A DNA stretch of 32,000 nt from assembly GCA_041494705.1 (NCBI GenBank), contig JBGQBI010000006.1, forward strand, positions 60,001 through 92,000, given 5' to 3'. The DNA comes from Candidatus Methanoperedens sp. Lineage in GTDB: Archaea > Halobacteriota > Methanosarcinia > Methanosarcinales > Methanoperedenaceae. Shown here piece by piece: positions 1-7,961 of this stretch (positions are counted from its first letter, which is position 1; each line of letters begins with the position of its first letter). The translations under genes and the position numbers were made by a program. The notes under the pieces were generated by a model. The model made no database searches. It was not told where the DNA came from and saw nothing but the letters and a program-made list of their open reading frames with translations.

Positions 1-63
1 TTAATCAAGCCGTGGTTTTTTCTCCCTGCATTCATAAGCCAGAATATTTTTTTATTAAAAAAT

Positions 64-354
64 CTATTCCTTATTAGTATCTAATAAGAGCAAAATACTT
101 ATAATTTCCGATACAGTTAAAAACAATTCAATGTTCAATCTGAGTTCCTTGAAAACCGGCCATGCCCCCAATTTCAATGAATTCCATGGCATTTTCTTCC
201 GACTATCAAATAAATCTTTTTTACCATTCCAAACATCCAATGGCGGCATCAGAGCAGCTAATATTCGATTTAAATCAGTATTTTTCCTTGAATTTGAGTA
301 AAGGTTATTCAGGCTAAAGAAATATTCGGACACACCGGATAGAACATTTATCAT
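64..354 (-). CDS. hypothetical protein (weak ORF)
   Basis: 96-aa ORF from the track in the AT-rich edge of the window. No motif or family recognised. May be spurious or a gene remnant. Confidence 0.25.
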   Translation of the reverse strand: MINVLSGVSEYFFSLNNLYSNSRKNTDLNRILAALMPPLDVWNGKKDLFDSRKKMPWNSLKLGAWPVFKELRLNIELFLTVSEIISILLLLDTNKE

Positions 355-402
355 TACGGAAACATTGATGATACATAAGCGAGATTTTGAAAAAAGGAAA
401 CT

Positions 403-1152
403 ATGGATATAAGATTTTATAAGAAACCGGAAATGACAAACCCACGAATGCTGGTCGGTCTTCCTGGTATGGGAATGGTTGCAAGGACTACTGTTAACTA
501 TTTTATAGAATTCTTAAAGCCGGAATTGTTTGCGGATATTCCGGTGCCTTATCTCTCGCCTTCAATTGCCTTTTTTGAGAAGGGCCTGGTAGTACCCGTG
601 GACAGGGATAAAAGCCCATTCAAGTTCTACTATTCACAGGAAAACAATCTCATACTGTTCTCTGGCGATATGCAAATTGGATATATCGCAAAGGATAATG
701 AACTCGCCGAAAAAATAATCGAAGCTGCGAAGCTTTGCGGGGTTGATACTGTTTATACGGTAATAGCAACGCAGGTAAAAAAATATGTTGAGGAACCGCA
801 GGTATTCGGGGTCGCAACATCACCTGAACTTCTTGAATTTTTAAAAAGTAAAGATGTGGAGATAGCGGATGGCAGCCTGCAGATAAGCGGGGTTAATGGA
901 CTTGTAATCGAATATGCAAAGCGCAATGGGATTAATGGAATATCCTTACTCAGCGAGACGGTTTTTCCTGATGCGCTGGATATAAAAGCATGTTATGCAG
1001 GGATAAAAAAGGTTTCGGAGCTTCTGGGAATTGAGATTGATATGAGCAGGATTGAGAGTGAAGCGAAGAAATTCGATGAAGGTTTTAAAAGGTATTTGAA
1101 AGAGATACAGGAAAAGAAGAGGAAAGAGGAGGATTTGGGGTATATTGGGTGA
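403..1152 (+). CDS. PAC2-family (proteasome assembly chaperone-like) protein
   Basis: N-terminal RMLVGLPGMGMVARTTVNYFIEFL matches the GLPGxGxVG signature of archaeal PAC2/DUF75 proteins. Size is about 250 aa, with a charged C-terminal tail. Confidence 0.7.
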   Translation: MDIRFYKKPEMTNPRMLVGLPGMGMVARTTVNYFIEFLKPELFADIPVPYLSPSIAFFEKGLVVPVDRDKSPFKFYYSQENNLILFSGDMQIGYIAKDNELAEKIIEAAKLCGVDTVYTVIATQVKKYVEEPQVFGVATSPELLEFLKSKDVEIADGSLQISGVNGLVIEYAKRNGINGISLLSETVFPDALDIKACYAGIKKVSELLGIEIDMSRIESEAKKFDEGFKRYLKEIQEKKRKEEDLGYIG

Positions 1153-1180
1153 GATGACTGAATCCTTCTTGACACGCCCT

Positions 1181-1795
1181 TCACTTTCCCCTCTTATCCG
1201 GACACAGCTCACCAAGCATACACACTCCGCATTTCGGCCCCACAGGTCTGCATATATCCTGCCCGAACCTCACAAGTAGCTCATTGATATTGCGCCAGTG
1301 CTTCTTGGGGAGGATTTCGCGAAGTTTAATTTCTGTCTCTTCTGGTGATTTTGTGCTTACAAGCCCGAGCCTGTTTGAGATCCTGTGGACATGAGTATCC
1401 ACAGCAATCGCATCCTTGCCAAAGCCATAAACGAGAACACAATTTGCAGTCTTTCTGCCAACGCCCGGAAGTGAGAGCAATGTTTCCATATCATCCGGCA
1501 CCTTGCCCTTATAATCATTGCTGATTATCCGGGCTATTTCTTTTACTCGCGGCGCCTTTATGCGATAGAACCCGACTTCGCGTATCAATTCCTCAATGTC
1601 CGAAACATCGGCATGTGCAAGCGCCTCTGGCGTGCCATATTTAGCAAAGAGCTTCTCCGATGCCCTGTCCGTGACCTCATCGCGGGTGCGCTGGGAGAGG
1701 ACTGTGGCTATTAGCTGGAGAAAAGGGTCGCGTGAATTGAATTTGCCTGGAGGATAGCGGTTTTTAAGGCGGGAGATGATGAGGTCGATGGGCAT
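1181..1795 (-). CDS. nth: endonuclease III (DNA glycosylase/AP lyase, HhH-GPD family)
   Basis: Helix-hairpin-helix LPGVGRKTANCVL, catalytic Asp context AVDTHVHRI, and a C-terminal Fe-S loop CRPVGPKCGVCMLGELC (C-x6-C-x2-C-x5-C). Confidence 0.9.
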   Translation of the reverse strand: MPIDLIISRLKNRYPPGKFNSRDPFLQLIATVLSQRTRDEVTDRASEKLFAKYGTPEALAHADVSDIEELIREVGFYRIKAPRVKEIARIISNDYKGKVPDDMETLLSLPGVGRKTANCVLVYGFGKDAIAVDTHVHRISNRLGLVSTKSPEETEIKLREILPKKHWRNINELLVRFGQDICRPVGPKCGVCMLGELCPDKRGK

Positions 1796-1818
1796 AGTTT
1801 GTACTTTCGGCGCAATGG

Positions 1819-2235
1819 TCAGGCTTCAATTAACTTCTCGATTGTCTCTGCGAACTCATACAGGTCATCAATATCCTCTTTCAGGTATTGGTAAGCTCTT
1901 GAATCATCCACCTTGCCATACCTGTGGACAAGGAGATTCCTGAAGCTGACCATATCCTCAAGACTGTTTGAGAGTTTTTTAGGGATTATTTTGTCATCGG
2001 CAATCTTTCGTATAGCATCCCTGTTATCCTTAGGAAGCCCCAGACTTTTTCCGGCGATTATCAGGTTGCATATATCGAGAATGTCCTCACAGGCAAGCTG
2101 GAAAGTTCTCTCGCAGGCTCTCCTCGTGCGGCGCTCCCCGATATATTCATCTTCTGTGTCAGGGATATCCTCATCAAGTTCAGCGATATAAACCAGAAGC
2201 TCACTCAATTTGTCTTTTATTCTCTCAACGTCCAT
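1819..2235 (-). CDS. hepT: HepT (DUF86/HEPN) RNase toxin of a type VII toxin-antitoxin pair
   Basis: 138 aa with the HEPN R-x4-H-x-Y motif (FRNLLVHRYGKVD). Its start is 1 nt after the stop of the upstream MNT gene. Confidence 0.85.
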   Translation of the reverse strand: MDVERIKDKLSELLVYIAELDEDIPDTEDEYIGERRTRRACERTFQLACEDILDICNLIIAGKSLGLPKDNRDAIRKIADDKIIPKKLSNSLEDMVSFRNLLVHRYGKVDDSRAYQYLKEDIDDLYEFAETIEKLIEA

Positions 2236-2236
2236 G

Positions 2237-2641
2237 TTAAATCCTTACTCTCCTGCTCATTTCCCTTAATACCTTGTTGTAATATTCCCTGTGTCGCCTG
2301 TAGCCTGCATATTCCAAGTCGTTTTCTTTGAGAAGAGTGAGCAGATGGTACATGTCCTTTGTGTAAAGCACTTTTCCTTCCTCTGAAATCCTTTTTCTAA
2401 TGTGAATCGGCAGTTCGTGGTACATCGAAATGTCCACACCCGATGGCATGGCGGAATCGATTGATAATCTCTCTCTCAGACTGAGTTCTTTTGAGGGGAT
2501 TATGCAGATATCAATATCTCTTCCGGTTTTTCCTCTTGCGCGCGAGCCGAAAAGCAGTATGCTGTGGATAAAGTCGAAGCTCTTCAGTATCTCGATAATT
2601 TTATCGGTTTTTGGTTCGGTTTTAGCGCCCATTGTTTTCAT
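2237..2641 (-). CDS. mntA: MNT minimal nucleotidyltransferase antitoxin
   Basis: LLFGSRARGKTGRDIDICI is the GS-x(n)-DxD motif of the pol-beta-fold nucleotidyltransferases. 134 aa, tightly coupled to hepT. Confidence 0.85.
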   Translation of the reverse strand: MKTMGAKTEPKTDKIIEILKSFDFIHSILLFGSRARGKTGRDIDICIIPSKELSLRERLSIDSAMPSGVDISMYHELPIHIRKRISEEGKVLYTKDMYHLLTLLKENDLEYAGYRRHREYYNKVLREMSRRVRI

Positions 2642-2828
2642 TTTTATGCTTATTTCCTCAATTAATACTGTTTAATTAACAATTACAATAATTCCTTTAT
2701 TATGTTAATAATCTTGCTCATAGACTTTCTCTGCCATACCGACGCGGTGCGCAGTCGATAAAATTTTAAATGTGCGGGTGTATTGGAGTAAGTGGTGCAA
2801 GTATTTGGTAGATAAAGATGAGATTCAT

Positions 2829-5642
2829 ATGGTGGCGGAGGGAGGAGAGTTCTTTCTTTATAAAAGAGAAATTCAGAAATTAGGAGAAATAATATCAGAG
2901 ATTGAAAAGCAAAAATCATATCGTATCTTTGGATATCTTTTAATACCTATCATACTTGGTTTTTTTGTTTTAAAGAACATAAATGAGAACATATTCATCT
3001 TAACAAAGAGAAGGGATGAATTAACACATAAGGTTATAAGTGAGATTGAAACCTCAAACCAGCAACTTAAAAATAATTTAAAATATCTAAAGGATGCAGA
3101 TACTTTTCTTATATACTCTGTTAGAGCAGATTTGCTGGGTAAACTCGAAGATTACGGAAGTATTCTTCATTATCTGAAACTAAAAAATGAAAACTTTGAA
3201 AAATCTTTCAATGATCTCATAGAAACTTCAATAAACGAAGTGATGTCATATAAAATTACAATAGAGAACTTTAACAAAGAATTGATCGAAACCTCAAACC
3301 AGCAATTTAAGAATAATTTAAAACATCTAAAGGATGCAGATACTTTTCTTATATATTCTGTTAGAGCAGATTTGCTTGGTAAACTCGAAGATTTCAGAAA
3401 TATTCTTCATTATCTGAAATCAAAAAATGAAAATTTTGAAAAATCTTTCAATGATCTCATAGAAACTTCAATAAACGAAGTGATGTCATATAAAATTACA
3501 ATAGAGAACTTTAACAAAGAATTGATCGAAAGACGCAAGAAAGAGTACGAGTTTCTTTTTAATAAATCAACCGTTGGTTTAAATGATGAGCAGAAAACAG
3601 CAATTATAACAGACGATAAGCATAATCTGGTAGTGGCAGGTGCAGGCTCAGGTAAAACAGAAGTTCTAATAACCAGAATCGCCTACCTTGCGCTAAGAAA
3701 ACAAGAAACTATAGCACCTAATAGGATACTTGCCTTAGCCTTTCAAAATAAGGCTGCAAAAGAAATTGAAGAAAGGCTCAACAAGAGGTTTGGAATAGAA
3801 GTTAAAATTAAGACATTTCATTCTTTTGGGCTTGAAGTTCTTACCAATGCTTCCAATGCTTCATCGAATCCAAAATTAAAATTTAATGGAGATAACTTCG
3901 AGTCTGGATACAATGAATTCATAGCAGGGCTCTATAAAAAAGCAGAAAAGGAATCTTCGTTTCAAAACAAACTTTTCGCTTATATGCTGTATTTTGGAGA
4001 TGACGAACTAATTAAACAGGAATCCGATTTTGAAAAGAAAGATGAATGGTATCAGTACATGCGAAATTTAGCATATACTGCTTTGAATGGAACAAAAGTA
4101 AAAAGCGAAGGAGAAAGAACAATACTTAACTTTCTGTTTACTCATAAAATAAATGAAAAATACATCAAAGTGCTTTATGAACATCCCGCAGGCTGGATGA
4201 ACTATAAAAATGAAAAAGGCGAAATAAAAACACCAAAACCAGATTTCTTCTTACCTGAATATAACATCTATATCGAACACTGGGCACTGGATGAGATGGA
4301 TAATGTTCCAAAATGGTTTGATCAAGATTACAAAAAAGGAATGAGCACAAAGATTGAGAGATTCAAACAACAAAAAAGGTATTCTCTTATAGAAACAACT
4401 TATGGGGAATTTAAACGTAAGAATTTTATCGAATATTTTGAGAAAAAATTAATTACGGAAATTAGAAGAAAGCATCCCAAAAAGGACGTTATTTTATCTT
4501 CAATAGGCTATTCCGAATTAGTCGATAGGATTTGGAAAACATGTAAAGAATCGATAGAACGAATTCCTAAAGACATTTCAATTTTTATCGTAAAAGCAAA
4601 AACAAACGGCTTAACACCTCAAAATATACATGAGAGACTTGAAAAAGAAAAGTGGTCCCCGAAACAGAAAGCTTTTGCTGAGTTGGCACTGATAATTTAC
4701 AGGGAGTATGAAAAAGAGCTTCGTCTAACAAACGAAATAGATTTTTCTGATATGATTAATCAAGCTGTAGTGGAATTGGAGAAGAATAAATCATTATATT
4801 CATTCGATCACATATTGATAGATGAGTATCAAGATATAAGTACGCAAAGATATCGACTTATTAAAGCGTTGATGGCTAAGAATCATAATTGTAAACTGTT
4901 TTGTGTGGGGGATGATTGGCAAAGTATTATGGGCTTTACAGGTTCAAATTTAGAGTTCTTTTTAAAATTTCAAGACTATTTTGACCATCCAGCGAGAACT
5001 GACTTATCCATCAATTACAGAAGTAATAAATCTATTGTAGATGCTGGAGCAGAACTTATAAAATATAACGGCGCTGCCCAACTTAAGAAACAAACAATAG
5101 CAAACAACAATGAAGAAAAGAGAATCATCGTTTTTTCATCCTTACACAAAAATATATGGGACTATTATCAACAAACTGCTGTCCATTGTGCAAATATGGT
5201 TATAGAATATCTCAATAATGGATATGCGCCTCAGGACATAATGATTTTGTATAGAATCACAAAACCTCCTTTAATTAACCAGCTTATTGATCATGCAAAA
5301 TTCAATAATGTTCCTATAAAGATAAATGCCCGCAATCCTCAATCAATCCCATTAATGTCGGTTCATAAGAGTAAAGGTTTACAAGCAAAAGTCGTATTTC
5401 TCCTATGTGTTGACAAAGGTTTGTATGGTTTCCCAAGCGAAATTGAAAACCCTTTGATATTTGAGCCTGCTATGGATAAAAGATACAACAATAAAGAAGA
5501 AGAGGAGAGACGACTTTTTTATGTAGCAATTACCAGATCGAAAGAAGATGTCATAATATACACTCAAAAAGAAAACGAAAGTATGTTTTTGAAAGAAATT
5601 CAAAAATATACGGAAATTAAAAATATAACTAATAATTCATGA
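2829..5642 (+). CDS. UvrD/Rep-family SF1 helicase, helicase IV-like, with N-terminal TM helix and duplicated coiled-coil module
   Basis: SF1 motifs: Walker A AGAGSGKT (3636-3659), DEYQD (4821-4835), VGDDWQSI, INYRS, SVHKSKGLQAKVVFL, RLFYVAITRSKEDV. A hydrophobic helix YRIFGYLLIPIILGFFVL lies near the N-terminus. A PDFFLP...IYIEHW segment (4239-4283) sits between motifs Ia and II. The track ORF starts at GTG 2772. I prefer ATG 2829 because a TATA-like TTTTAAAT (2764-2771) overlaps the GTG. Confidence 0.8.
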   Translation: MVAEGGEFFLYKREIQKLGEIISEIEKQKSYRIFGYLLIPIILGFFVLKNINENIFILTKRRDELTHKVISEIETSNQQLKNNLKYLKDADTFLIYSVRADLLGKLEDYGSILHYLKLKNENFEKSFNDLIETSINEVMSYKITIENFNKELIETSNQQFKNNLKHLKDADTFLIYSVRADLLGKLEDFRNILHYLKSKNENFEKSFNDLIETSINEVMSYKITIENFNKELIERRKKEYEFLFNKSTVGLNDEQKTAIITDDKHNLVVAGAGSGKTEVLITRIAYLALRKQETIAPNRILALAFQNKAAKEIEERLNKRFGIEVKIKTFHSFGLEVLTNASNASSNPKLKFNGDNFESGYNEFIAGLYKKAEKESSFQNKLFAYMLYFGDDELIKQESDFEKKDEWYQYMRNLAYTALNGTKVKSEGERTILNFLFTHKINEKYIKVLYEHPAGWMNYKNEKGEIKTPKPDFFLPEYNIYIEHWALDEMDNVPKWFDQDYKKGMSTKIERFKQQKRYSLIETTYGEFKRKNFIEYFEKKLITEIRRKHPKKDVILSSIGYSELVDRIWKTCKESIERIPKDISIFIVKAKTNGLTPQNIHERLEKEKWSPKQKAFAELALIIYREYEKELRLTNEIDFSDMINQAVVELEKNKSLYSFDHILIDEYQDISTQRYRLIKALMAKNHNCKLFCVGDDWQSIMGFTGSNLEFFLKFQDYFDHPARTDLSINYRSNKSIVDAGAELIKYNGAAQLKKQTIANNNEEKRIIVFSSLHKNIWDYYQQTAVHCANMVIEYLNNGYAPQDIMILYRITKPPLINQLIDHAKFNNVPIKINARNPQSIPLMSVHKSKGLQAKVVFLLCVDKGLYGFPSEIENPLIFEPAMDKRYNNKEEEERRLFYVAITRSKEDVIIYTQKENESMFLKEIQKYTEIKNITNNS
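3048..3527 (+). repeat. 2 x 240-bp intragenic tandem direct repeat (80-aa module duplicated)
   Basis: Copy 1 is 3048-3287 and copy 2 is 3288-3527. By eye there are about 11 mismatches in 240 nt, and the last ~100 nt are identical. Each copy encodes ETSNQQ[LF]KNNLK[YH]LKDADTFLIYSVRADLLGKLED...ENFNKELI. Confidence 0.9.
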
Positions 5643-5694
5643 AATACGAACCCACGTAACTTATTTTACCCCACACGGCATCTATCACAAAATA

Positions 5695-7806
5695 ATGACC
5701 ACAGAATGCACCGCCTGCAAAGGAACAGGCACTATCATCCTCAGCGAAAAGGAATGCCCCGACTGCAAGGGCTCAGGCAAGCCAAAAGCCATAAGCCTCG
5801 ATCAACTCTCTGAAAAAGACCTGGGAAAACTCATGGGAGGGGGCATAAAATGCGCAAAATGCCAGGGTACAGGTAGGATATCGGTCACCGAACCATGCAA
5901 GAATTGCGCCGGCAGGGGAAAGTTCTTCACATGCACCGTTTGCGGCAAGGAAACCACGAAAGGAGACCTCTGCGAGAGCTGCGCCAAAAAACCCCTTGTC
6001 CATGTCCTGAGCGCAGAATGCGACACGCGCGAGCTTGAGGTCGGGAAGGTTTACGAAGGAAAAGTGCAGGGGCATGCCAACTTCGGCGTGTTCGTTGACC
6101 TGAATCCACAGATTCGGGGGCTTATCCATTCAAGCAACATCAGTTTCCTCCCTGAAATCGGGGATAAGATATTCGTCGAAGTGAAAAACATAGCCCAGAA
6201 CGGCAACATCGAACTGCTCCCGAAGAGCCTGAAGGAATTCCAGCTAATCGAAGTCGAAAAACAGCTCCCGCGCCGAAAGACCACAGAACTCTCAAAATAT
6301 CTCGGCAAGCTCGTGCATCTCTCAGGCGAGGTAATACAGATAAAACAAACTGGCGGCCCCACGATATTCACAATCTCGGATGAGGATGGCACAGTGCAGT
6401 GCGCCGCTTTTGAGAAAGCAGGCGAGCGGGCATATCCTGAGATAAAGTCCGAGACCATCGTGAAGGTAATCGGTGAGCCCTCGATGAGGAACGGCGCCAT
6501 GCAGGTGGAGATACGCGCCATGAAGCAGCTATGGGGCGGGGATGCGACGGGCATCAAGGAGCAGATTGAATCAGCAATAGACAGGCGCGCAGAACCCCAC
6601 GATATCCAGTTCCTTGTAAAGAGCGAGGTACTGGAAAAGTTAAAACCAAGGATGCGAAACGCAGCCAAAATAATCAGGAAAGCGGTTTTCAAATCACGAC
6701 CTATAATCATAAGGCATCATGCGGACGCAGACGGGATTACCTCGGCAATAGCGATAGAACGTGCGCTCCTGCCGCTTCTTCGCGAAGTCGGAGGCTCTGA
6801 TGCAGACCGCCATTTCTACAGGCGCTCTCCTTCAAAGGCGCCATTCTACGAACTTGAGGACGTAACAAAAGACCTCACATTCGCGCTTGAAGACCAGGAG
6901 CGTTTCTCCCAGAAGATGCCGCTTGTGGTATTGATGGACAACGGCGCAACCGAGGAGGATATGCCTGCCATGAAACAGGCGATAATTTATGGCGTTGAAA
7001 TTTTGGTTATCGACCACCACCATCCCGACGGCACAATAGATTCCATGGTGCTCGAACACGTGAACCCTGCCTACGCTGGCGGGGATTTTGGCATAACTAC
7101 AGGGATGATAGGTACTGAGATAGCCCGAATGATAAATCCCGATATCGCAGAAGAGATTAAGCACCTCCCTGCCGTTTCAGCGGTCGGGGACAGGTCAGCC
7201 GCGCCTGAAGCAGAGCTTTATAAATCACTTGTAGCGGACAAATACAAACTCGAAGACCTCAAAAACATGGCGCTTGCAATTGATTACGAGGCTTTCTGGC
7301 AGAGGTTCAATGATGGACGGGGCATCATGAATGACATTCTCAATCTCGGTTCCAATATCCGGCATCAGCAGATAGTAAAATTATTGTGCGAGCAGGCAAA
7401 CGCCGCTATAACCGAGCAGCTTGAGGCGTCGATGCCAAATGTTAAAACCCAAAAACTGGCTAACGGCGCCATATTGAATGTAATAGATGTTGAAAATTTT
7501 GCCCACAAATTCACATTCCCCCCGCCTGGCAAAACAAGCGGTGAAATTCATGACCGCCTGTGCTCCCAGTACAGCGGGCAGCCCGTGGTCACCATCGGAT
7601 ACGGTCCTGATTTTGCAGTGCTGCGTTCAAAGGGCGTGAAGATGAACATCCCGCAGATTGTGAAAGAATTGCATAGCGAAATCAAAGGCGCTGGGGTGAG
7701 CGGTGGAGGTCATCTCGTGGTGGGCAGCATAAAGTTTGTGGAAGGCATGAGAAAAGAAGTGCTTGCAAAACTGGTTGAGAAAATAGGGGCGGCTGGGACT
7801 CAATGA
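5695..7806 (+). CDS. RecJ-like DHH/DHHA1 phosphoesterase with N-terminal DnaJ-type zinc-finger, S1 and OB-fold domains
   Basis: Four CxxCxGxG motifs (CTACKGTG, CPDCKGSG, CAKCQGTG, CKNCAGRG) plus CTVC...CESC. S1-like GKVYEGKVQGHANFGVFVDL. OB-like LSGEVIQIKQTGGPTIFTISDEDG. DHH motifs RHHADADGITS, LMDNG, VIDHHHP. DHHA1 motif GVSGGGH. Confidence 0.75.
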   Translation: MTTECTACKGTGTIILSEKECPDCKGSGKPKAISLDQLSEKDLGKLMGGGIKCAKCQGTGRISVTEPCKNCAGRGKFFTCTVCGKETTKGDLCESCAKKPLVHVLSAECDTRELEVGKVYEGKVQGHANFGVFVDLNPQIRGLIHSSNISFLPEIGDKIFVEVKNIAQNGNIELLPKSLKEFQLIEVEKQLPRRKTTELSKYLGKLVHLSGEVIQIKQTGGPTIFTISDEDGTVQCAAFEKAGERAYPEIKSETIVKVIGEPSMRNGAMQVEIRAMKQLWGGDATGIKEQIESAIDRRAEPHDIQFLVKSEVLEKLKPRMRNAAKIIRKAVFKSRPIIIRHHADADGITSAIAIERALLPLLREVGGSDADRHFYRRSPSKAPFYELEDVTKDLTFALEDQERFSQKMPLVVLMDNGATEEDMPAMKQAIIYGVEILVIDHHHPDGTIDSMVLEHVNPAYAGGDFGITTGMIGTEIARMINPDIAEEIKHLPAVSAVGDRSAAPEAELYKSLVADKYKLEDLKNMALAIDYEAFWQRFNDGRGIMNDILNLGSNIRHQQIVKLLCEQANAAITEQLEASMPNVKTQKLANGAILNVIDVENFAHKFTFPPPGKTSGEIHDRLCSQYSGQPVVTIGYGPDFAVLRSKGVKMNIPQIVKELHSEIKGAGVSGGGHLVVGSIKFVEGMRKEVLAKLVEKIGAAGTQ

Positions 7807-7961
7807 AGGTTAGTAATGCCTGCGTTGGCTGCGGCCAGTGCGCGGCTTATTGCCCATATGATGCGATAATAGTATTCGGGCGTGCCGGTATGAACGAAAA
7901 TTGTGTTGATTGCGGAACATGCGTCAAATATTGCCCGGTTTGTGCGATAGCGGAGGGGTGA
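7803..7961 (+). CDS. 2x[4Fe-4S] ferredoxin (52 aa), absent from the ORF track
   Basis: My translation: MKVSNACVGCGQCAAYCPYDAIIVFGRAGMNENCVDCGTCVKYCPVCAIAEG. It has two CxxCxxCxxxCP clusters. The ATG overlaps the upstream stop (ATGA at 7803-7806) and the TGA overlaps the downstream ATG (TGATG at 7959-7963). Confidence 0.8.
   Translation: MKVSNACVGCGQCAAYCPYDAIIVFGRAGMNENCVDCGTCVKYCPVCAIAEG

Noticed and set aside
366-402. A C-box-like TGATGA upstream of the PAC2 gene as a possible C/D-box sRNA.
   Set aside because: There is no downstream CTGA D box or terminal stem at a suitable distance. It is probably just promoter or leader sequence.
2683-2919. A 78-aa minus-strand ORF spanning the MNT/helicase divergent promoter region.
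   Set aside because: It overlaps the helicase 5' end and the AT-rich promoter. It has no motif and a poly-Pro, low-complexity composition.
3048-3527. Whether the helicase tandem repeat (and the 30444-30760 repeat) could be a template/variable repeat pair of a diversity-generating retroelement.
   Set aside because: No reverse transcriptase is present anywhere in the window. The repeats are directly tandem within one ORF, and the mismatches are not adenine-specific.
7910-7960. The track start (MRNMRQILPGLCDSGGV...) for the FAD oxidoreductase.
   Set aside because: This stretch overlaps, in another frame, a ferredoxin ORF with two perfect cluster motifs. The canonical GxGxxG N-terminus begins at ATG 7961.
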